Source of the DNA: the human T2T-CHM13v2.0 reference genome, Homo sapiens
Strand: one strand, 5' to 3'
Assembly (NCBI RefSeq): GCF_009914755.1
Contig: NC_060927.1
DNA: 64,000 nt
Shown: in pieces, positions 55,498-64,000 of the stretch
How positions within the stretch are numbered: position 1 is the first letter of the stretch
Layout: every line of letters begins with the position of its first letter
The notes under the pieces: model-generated
What the model was told of the DNA's origin: nothing
What the model saw: only the letters and a program-made list of their open reading frames with translations
Databases searched by the model: none
Program-made: the position numbers and the translations under genes

Positions 55498-55866
55498 TTC
55501 CTTTTTTCCTATGTATCTATTTATTGAGACAGGGTCTCCCTCTGCCACCCAGGCTCAGAAAGTTTGGATTCAGTCACCAAATATGCAAGAGAAGGGGAGG
55601 TGAATCCATTACTGCCAGGCTGGAGTGCAATAGTGCAGTCATGGCTCACTGCCATCTCGAACTCCTAGATTCCAGTGACCCTCTAGCCTCAGCCTCCTAT
55701 GCAGCTGGGACTACAGTTGCATGCCACCATAACTGGCTAATGTTTTTATAGAGATGGGGTCCCATTATGTTGCCCAGACAGGTCTTGAACCCCTGGCCTC
55801 AAGCAATCCTCCCATGTCAGCCTCCCAATGAACTAGGATTACAGGCATGAGCCACCCCACCCAGCT
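55498..55866 (-). mobile_element. AluJ in an SI intron carrying a foreign insertion (55556-55614)
   Basis: Antisense Alu with TSD aacttcaaat (55484-55493, 55870-55879), interrupted after cccaggct. Confidence 0.9.
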
Positions 55867-55917
55867 GTGAACTTCAAATATTCCTTAACAGAATTGCATA
55901 TAAATAATCTTACATAC

Positions 55918-55967
55918 CTGGTTTAAATTAAATTGTACAGATAAATATAGGTCTCTTTCATAGGTGT
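55918..55967 (-). CDS. SI: Sucrase-isomaltase coding exon (probably exon 46), 50 nt: (D)TYERDLYLSVQFNLNQ
   Basis: Minus strand reads ttttttttctctctctacag|ACACCTATGAA...TTAAACCAG|gtatgt. Phase 1 in, phase 0 out, matching both neighbouring exons. Confidence 0.96.
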
Positions 55968-56501
55968 CTGTAGAGAGAGAAAAAAAATGTGATATATTGT
56001 TATTTCCAAAGAAGAACCATAGTAAATACCTGTATACTTTGCTTCTCTTTCCCAGTATAAAAAGTAGCAAATATTATCAAGATGTACCTATTTTTTCTCT
56101 AAGCCTATTTAACTAATTCAGATACAATCCAAGGAGCCTTGGAAATGAAGGATGAGTCACCAGGTAAGGTCCTAAGAGGACAAGCTAGGTGGTGTATGTG
56201 TGTGTAGGGGTAATGATAAAACAGTAACAGGTTTAAAATAATTTTCACACACAACAGTGGGAAGGTGGCAAGAAGTGCACAAGTAATGCAAGAATAAACA
56301 GAATTCAGTGATGATAGCAATCGACACTTACTTGTCACCTTAGTGACTGACAAAATAATATAAAGGAAAAAAGAACATGGTAGCAATACATTCTAGTGTC
56401 ATTTGAAAAAACAAATTCAGTAGTTAGAGATTGTTGCAGGTCAACTAAAATTAAACTGGCAAAATGTAGGTTTATAGCCACCTCTTTAAGGTATAATCAT
56501 T

Positions 56502-56807
<306 letters not shown>

Positions 56808-56849
56808 TTAAAGTATAATCTTGCCATATTTAAAACTCATTTTAATGAT

Positions 56850-57065
56850 CATCCTACAGGTAAAACTTGTTTAGTGCTGACTATTTGCCAAATTCTAAAT
56901 ACTGTATCACTTTACTCTAAAAGATATTTTATTATTATTCCCACCGTATAGAAGAGTAAAGTGACTTTCAAAGCAGTTAAATAAATTGCCAAAAGTAAAA
57001 AAACAAAAAAGCTAATTACTGTCAATGTCTGGAATCAAACCCAGTCTTCCTTGACTTCTAAGATT
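56850..57065 (-). mobile_element. MIR
   Basis: attattattcccaccgtatagaagagtaaagtga...ttaaataaattgcc...ggaatcaaacccagtctt. Confidence 0.55.
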
Positions 57066-59061
57066 GTGTTTTTATGTAAAAAAACAAATAAGCATACATA
57101 AGATAGAGCAAAGTAGAGTCAAATAAAAGAAGTATTGGGGTAACATTGAAAAAGCAGGATATTTTTATTCTCTTATCTACTTATACACATCAGGGCTGTA
57201 TTCATTAACCCACTAAAATTAATTTGCTATTGATTTTACCTATACTAAAATGGATATTCTGCCTAAGACTTTTTTATGTATGCTAATATATGTATGGCTA
57301 ATTTAATATGTATTACAAGACATATTAGTGTCAATATTCCTTAACCATTTTAGTTCTTATTTTCAAATATACAATTACAACTTAAGTTTTCATGAACAAT
57401 CTTTTAAGTATAGAATTCTGAGTTAAAAAAAGCAAAAGTGACAGCTATTACGAAGATATGGGTAGCTTTGTTGTTTTTAATAAGAGGAAGAAAGATCTCA
57501 CATATGATCTTGGTCAAGGACACAAATATAACTATTTCATTAAGATAAGTAGAAAAATTAACATTTTACTAAGCTATAACTTTATTAATCAAGAATGGTT
57601 AAAATTTACTTAATGTTAACAAGTTTTAGGAGAAGTTCATTTTGATTTACCTTTAATTATTTCAAGATAATTTGTTACCACATTATAATATATCACAAAA
57701 TTTGAACATGTTTGTTTAAAAGAAAGACATCATTTCAGATTGGATGCCCATCAACTAGATTGTTGTGTTTGCTGTGAGAGAAAACCTCTTTGGAGATTCT
57801 GATCTAACAAATCCAGAGAATAAGCATTTGCTATATATGGTTTTCGCTGTTAACTCAGGAAATTTCAAGGGACTATTTAAAAATATTTATACTAAATTAT
57901 ACCAAATATACTGATATTGTGAAACATAACAAAATAAGTAGATCCAATTGGCAAAAAACAATTTTTTATACTTGCATGAGGAGATCATAGAGAAATATTT
58001 GGATTATGCTCAGGTACTTTCCAGTGATTACAAAAAGTCTGCCATGAAACTTGAATAGGGTAAAGTCCACACCAAATGTTGTCATCGATGCTGTAGTTGG
58101 ATAGGAGGAGCTGGAGAAAATTCTAAGAGAAGCTTTGTCTGCCTAACTGATGAAATGAATTAACTTAATTTGTTAATTATGAGATTCAAAGATCCCAAGT
58201 TGCATACTTAAACTTTACACCCCTGGGAAATTGTAGGCAAATTTCCTGCTGGACACAAAGGGAAAGGCTGAAAACTTCATAGACCCTCAGTCATTGCGGT
58301 GATGAAGGTCAGAGCTCTAAAAGCAAAGGACTAACTTGTGTTGATATCTTCACTTTCTAAGTCACAAAATGTTAAAAAGAGGGATTTATTTTTCCCAAAA
58401 GTCTTGCTGTCTAGCATATAATTCTTATATCAACTTTATTACACTTATTTACTAATGGATTATTTCTTATGGTTGCAGAATATTAACTATGATTTACCTT
58501 TAAGATAAAAGATGCATGTCTTTGCTATTAATGAAAAAACTATTATCTTCGGATAAGTTATTTAAATTGCAGAGAACTGTCAACTTCACACAGATATCAA
58601 TTTTTTTGATTAAAGTTTGTGTCAACAAAATGTTCAGAACGCTCATCTAGTAGTACTGACACTATTAAATAGCAGTCAGTAAACCTATCCTCTATCAGTG
58701 TTTACATACAGAATAAAAATCTCCTATGGGAGATTTCTGAGTTTCTCCTAAAATTAATGAAACTTGAATGAGTCCTATAATCTGCATTCTTAGCAAGCTG
58801 TCCCAGGTGTTTCTGATAACAACGGTTAGTGAATTTCACATGGCTAGGAGTTTAGAAGTTTAGTATGGTCTTGAGGAACAGTTATGAATGGAATAAGCCT
58901 AGATCTAAATTAAAATATATCTCCTCATGTAAAAAAATGCTAAATACTACCAAAAACAAGCAAACAAGCCAAAAGAGTAGATATAAAAACACAGAAATCA
59001 AATTTACTTGAGATTGGTTTCTGGACTACCTCCTTGTTGTAGAGGCACCACTTGTACATTT

Positions 59062-59674
59062 TGGGGGCTCAAAAACTGATTTCTCAGAATAAAGGTCCCA
59101 GAAGCAACACTGGAAGAAAGTTTCTCTCTGACCTTCTCCTGCCCTCCTGTCTCTTGCTCCTTACTCTCTAGTGATAGAAACTAGAATTCCTTTTCCCAAA
59201 GGCAAGTCACAGAAACTAGAATCCTTTTCCCCCAAAGCTAGCTATAAAGCCTAGAAATGTTACTCTCTTTTCCTGCTTTTCTGTGTAACAGCTGGCCATG
59301 AAGAAGTTAACAACCTCCTTCCAGAGGGGTCTTACCCCATACCTGAGAGGAAGAAATGCTACAATTAATAAGCCAACAAGAATGTGGACAGGCCTTACTA
59401 GATTTCCTCACTCAATCTGTTTCCATTAGCTTATACACTTTTTGTCCAATCACATTTCTACATGGCAGTTCCTGTTTCATTGAACCTAAGAATAAAGCCT
59501 GAGAGCATTCTCTGTATCTTTGGGCCTTTATTCTGAAGGTTCCTGTTTTACATAAAACTATGATTACATATGTTTGTTATGCTTTTCTCATGTTAACGTG
59601 TGCTTTGTTATAGAGGTGTTGGCTGTGACCCTTATGATAAATGAGGAAAAGTGTCACTCCTTTTTGTCACTATA
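59062..59674 (+). mobile_element. MER21-family solo LTR, antisense to SI
   Basis: tgggggctcaaaaactgat...ctctgaccttctcctgccctcctgtctc...atagaaactagaat, with the internal duplicated agaaactagaat..ccttttccc motif. Confidence 0.75.
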
Positions 59675-60039
59675 GTATCAATATTTTGCACATATAATAA
59701 TGTGGTTATTCAGCTAAGTTAACTTTACATATATGCCAAGTGTCTATTATGTGAATAGCACTGTGCTAGCTTCTGAAAGTACAAAGATAATAGATACATA
59801 ATTCTGCCCACACAAATTTCTTACCTAGACACTTACCATAGGGATTGACTATATTTAGGATAAGAGAAGTCTTTAAATGTTTGCGACATTGTTTATCTCT
59901 TTAAGTTGATTCAGTGAATTTAGTAAAATCTTTTAGCCTTGAATAATATTAATAGCTTTGTACTCAGCTTCCAAAGAACAATAATAGATAACGTAAAAGT
60001 AATGTGATAGAATACGACATCAATTAAATTTATCTACTA

Positions 60040-60165
<126 letters not shown>

Positions 60166-60344
60166 TTACCCATGTTTGTAGAATAGCATATGTCTAGTTA
60201 TGATATGACATCCACATAAGGATCTATAGGAACCCAAGCATTAAGGAGTGTGCAAACTGACTTAGACTAAGAAAATTAAAGCATTTCCATTTTTCTAAAT
60301 TAGTTAACAGGAATGATATAAAACAATAAAATTCTTCATATTTA

Positions 60345-60681
<337 letters not shown>

Positions 60682-61898
60682 TCATGTAATGTAACAAATC
60701 AGAAGTGGCCTAATTGAAAGTAATTAAAACCACATTAATTTTATTCATATATTTACTCATGCTTCTCTTGGGTAATCCTGTCATTAACCATTAAACATGA
60801 AACAATTTTAATAGCATTTTAAAATCTTTTCTGACTTAAGCCTTCCTCATATTTCCATACATAAATCATGGAGTTATCACTGGTTATAATTAATAAGAAT
60901 GTATAAAGTAGCCTCCAAGTTCTAAGTTCTATCTCTGTAATAGAGAATACCTTTCAAGCATGTTCCTGCATAGGGCTACTTGTGAACTAAATACTTGCTT
61001 CCATGTTACATCTCCAGCAATCCTTGAGAAGCAACTTGATTTGGCAGCCTCATATTGTTTGAAATAATTTACCAGACCAATTGTTTTAGCTGTCTGCCTT
61101 TTCTAATCACAAATGTTGAAGAATGTACAGCCACGGAAGTCTCCTAAAATTTCCAGAATCTCTAGAGTTCAAATCTCCACAGTAATTAGATATTTTCCAG
61201 TGAAATATATTAACATACCTTACCATGAATATGTATATGAATTTCAGTTCACAGTCACTGGGGTTTAAATATAATTTAGAAACATCAAAAATATGGCTTA
61301 ACCTGCAATTTCCCAACATATACTAAAACTTGTGATTAGAAAGAGTTTTACAACTTTCTATACTGTACAATGATCTGTCTTCTCTCTCATAAAAAAATAA
61401 GGATTATTCAAGGCACACCTTATGAATGGTCTCCTCCATGAAGCCCTCACTTTTCAGGTGCAATAATGTCTCTCCTCTTTAACTGATGTCAGGATAGAAT
61501 ATTAGTAGAAATGGACCTGGGTGGGTCCAGTAGATTAGAAGATTCTGTTCATGCCAACAGGGGCTGTCAGCATGTACATCACCAAGAGAGATGATATAGC
61601 ATAAAAAGAGAAGAAAAACAGAGACAGGGTCCTCTAGAATTTGAATGTCAAAGCAAGGAATTTTGCAATGGAAATAAAGACTGTGACAGGAATAAGAGAT
61701 TTACACCTATGTCAGTCTGAGAAGACAGAGCAGATCCATTGTCCCTGGTAAATTGGACATATTGCTGAAGGAGAGAAACAGAAATCCAGGTAGAGGTTCT
61801 CAGGCAAATAAGAGAAGGGCCTGGCCAGACAATCAGTTATAAAAATGGTGATAGACAGAAATCTGGGATAGCCTTCATCTTTATATGGGACAAGGTCA

Positions 61899-62040
61899 TT
61901 AAATGATGAGCTAATGGGTGCAGCACACCAGGATGGCACATGTATACATATGTAACTAACCTGCACATTGTGCACATGTACCCTAAAACTTAAAGTATAA
62001 TAATAATAAATAAATACATAAATACATAATTAAAAAAAAA
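61899..62040 (+). mobile_element. Short young L1PA (2-4-like) 3' end
   Basis: taatgggtgcagcacacca...gtaactaacctgcacattgtgcacatgtaccctaaaacttaaagtataataataa. Confidence 0.9.
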
Positions 62041-62052
62041 AGAAACAGGTCT

Positions 62053-62287
62053 GGAGTTCCAGACCAGCCTGGCCAACATGATGAAACTCCGTCTCTACTA
62101 AAAATACAAAAATTAGCTAGGCGTCTGGCAGGCACCTGTAATCCCAGATACTTGGGAGGCTGTGGCAGGGGAATCGCTGGAACCCAGGAGGTGGAGGTTG
62201 CAGTGAGCCAAGGCAGTGCACTCCAGCCTGAGCAACAGAGCAAGACTCTGTCAAAAAAAAGAGAGAAAGAAGAAAGAAAGAAAGAAA

Positions 62288-62352
<65 letters not shown>

Positions 62353-62428
62353 GAAAGAAAGAAGAGAGGAGAGGAGAGGAGAAGAGAGGAGAAGAGAAGA
62401 GAAGAAATGAGAAGAGAAAGAAGAGAAG
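62053..62428 (+). mobile_element. 5'-truncated AluS with an expanded (GAAA)n/(GAGAG)n tail
   Basis: Exact 14-bp TSD agaaacaggtctgg (62041-62054, 62429-62442). Confidence 0.92.
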
Positions 62429-62646
62429 AGAAACAGGTCTGGTTCCTCTTGGACAGCAGGACACTTAGTAGTTTGATGGAGTAGTGATACTGCCAGTGAA
62501 TGTCTACATTTTCATGTACTATAATGAGTCAGGAAATATATCACAAGACAGATGAAGAGAGGCAGAGAAAGGGAAACAGCAAATTAATGGAAAGGAAAGA
62601 GACACCTCCAAGCAATACTGACTTAAAGCTTATAAAAAGCTTCATC

Positions 62647-63164
62647 AAATGGAATATTATTCAGTGCTAAAAAGAAATGAGATACAACCCAGGTATCTCA
62701 TGGAGGAATCTTAAATGCATATAACTAAGTAAAAAAAGTCAAATTGAATGTTACATACTGTATGATTCCAACTATATGACATTCTGGAAAATACAATATT
62801 ACAGAGATAGTAAAATATCAGTGGTTGCCACGGGTTGAAAGAGCAATGAATAGGTGGCACACAAAGGATGTTTAGGTCAGTAAAACAATTCTAAAGGACA
62901 CCAGTGGTGGATGCGGGTCATCATACATTTGTTTAGACCCAGAGAATTTACAACATCAACAGTGAACCCTAATGTAAACTGTGGTCTTTGGGTGATAAGT
63001 GTTAGTGTTGGTTCAATGATTGTAACAAATGTGCTACTTTTACGGGGGGTGTTGAAAATGAGAGAGGCTATGCATGTGTGGGCGAGCAGGGGGTAAATGG
63101 GAAATCTCTGGACCTTCTCAATTTTGCTGTATAAAACTGCTCTAAAAAATAAGTCTTTGAAAAA
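62647..63164 (+). mobile_element. L1MC1-like 3' end
   Basis: cagtgaaccctaatgtaaactgtggtctttgggtgataa...aaaactgctctaaaaaataagtc. Confidence 0.85.
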
Positions 63165-63384
63165 CAGGTTAATAAATATTTCATGTTTTCGTAAAGTGAT
63201 CTTCATAATACTAGATCTTCCACATGTCAGAAACAGAAAAGTAGGGTAAAAATCTTGTTGAGGCAGCCATTCAAAATATAAGACATTAAGTTGTCATTAC
63301 TTTCTGCATATTATAGACAGAGATCATAAAGGTTTCATTTATATTTTTATCTGGGAAGCTTTCTTACTTTAAGAGGGAATATCC

Positions 63385-64000
63385 TGTTGGAAGACAGTTT
63401 TCCATGGGTCTCTTGCATTTTTATATGTCATAGGCAGAGGCATTGACAGCCTGTCTTCTGAGCTGTATTTTCAGGGATGTTTTAAAAATGAATTGAGTTC
63501 ATATCCTTTGTAGGGACATAGATGAAGCTGGAAACCATCATTCTCAGCAAACTGTCGCAAGGACAAAAAACCAAACACCGCATGTTCTCAGTCATAGGTG
63601 GGAATTGAACAATGAGAACACATGGACACAGGAAGGGGAACATCACACACCGGGGCCTGTTGTGTGGTAGGGGGATGGGGGAGGGATAGCATTAGGAGAT
63701 ATACCTAATGTTAAAAAGACAAGTTAATGGGTGCAGCACACCAACATGGCACATGTATACATATGTAACTAACCTGCACGTTGTGCACATGTACCCTAAA
63801 ACTTAAAGTATAGTAAAAAAAAAAATGAATAGCATTGGACGGCAGGGTTTCTTTTTAAAAATTCTTAATATTTCTTTTGACTGTCCAATATAAAAAAGAT
63901 AATATTTTTTTTGAAGCAAATAATGGATAGATTTGTTTGTAGTCTTATTAAAGACAGGGTTTTCCTAAACCTGGGGTTCCTTATTTGTGACACAGACCTC
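63385..64000 (+). mobile_element. ERVL LTR (LTR40-like), split by an L1PA and running off the window
   Basis: tgttggaagacagttttccatgggtctcttgcattt...gcagaggcattgacagcc...; later tttcctaaacctggggttcc. Confidence 0.55.
63494..63820 (+). mobile_element. L1PA4-like 3' end (5' truncated)
   Basis: Low-divergence L1PA 3' UTR. Exact TSD aaaaatgaat (63484-63493, 63821-63830). Confidence 0.93.

Overview
AT-rich, repeat-dense primate genomic DNA, most likely human. Positions ~51.8-64 kb hold the 3' end of the sucrase-isomaltase gene (SI) on the minus strand. Four coding exons (89, 50, 168 and 69 nt, all with canonical AG/GT splice sites and compatible phases) splice to ...[124 protein letters not shown], followed by a ~470-nt 3' UTR. 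I recognise this peptide as the human SI C-terminus (SI lies at 3q26.1). Positions 1-51.8 kb are intergenic sequence downstream of SI, built from Alu, L1, L2, MIR, MaLR/ERV LTR and hAT relics, many nested and with readable target-site duplications (TSDs). Repeat subfamily names are from recalled consensus sequences and need RepeatMasker/Dfam confirmation. I found no evidence of a new multi-gene biological system. The most interesting unexplained signals are small structural ones: a 64-bp templated copy of SI intron sequence inserted into an Alu 2.5 kb away, an inverted L1PA with an apparent short 3' transduction, a perfect 16-bp hairpin, a rearranged MER41A provirus remnant, and inverted Alus around SI exons 45-46.
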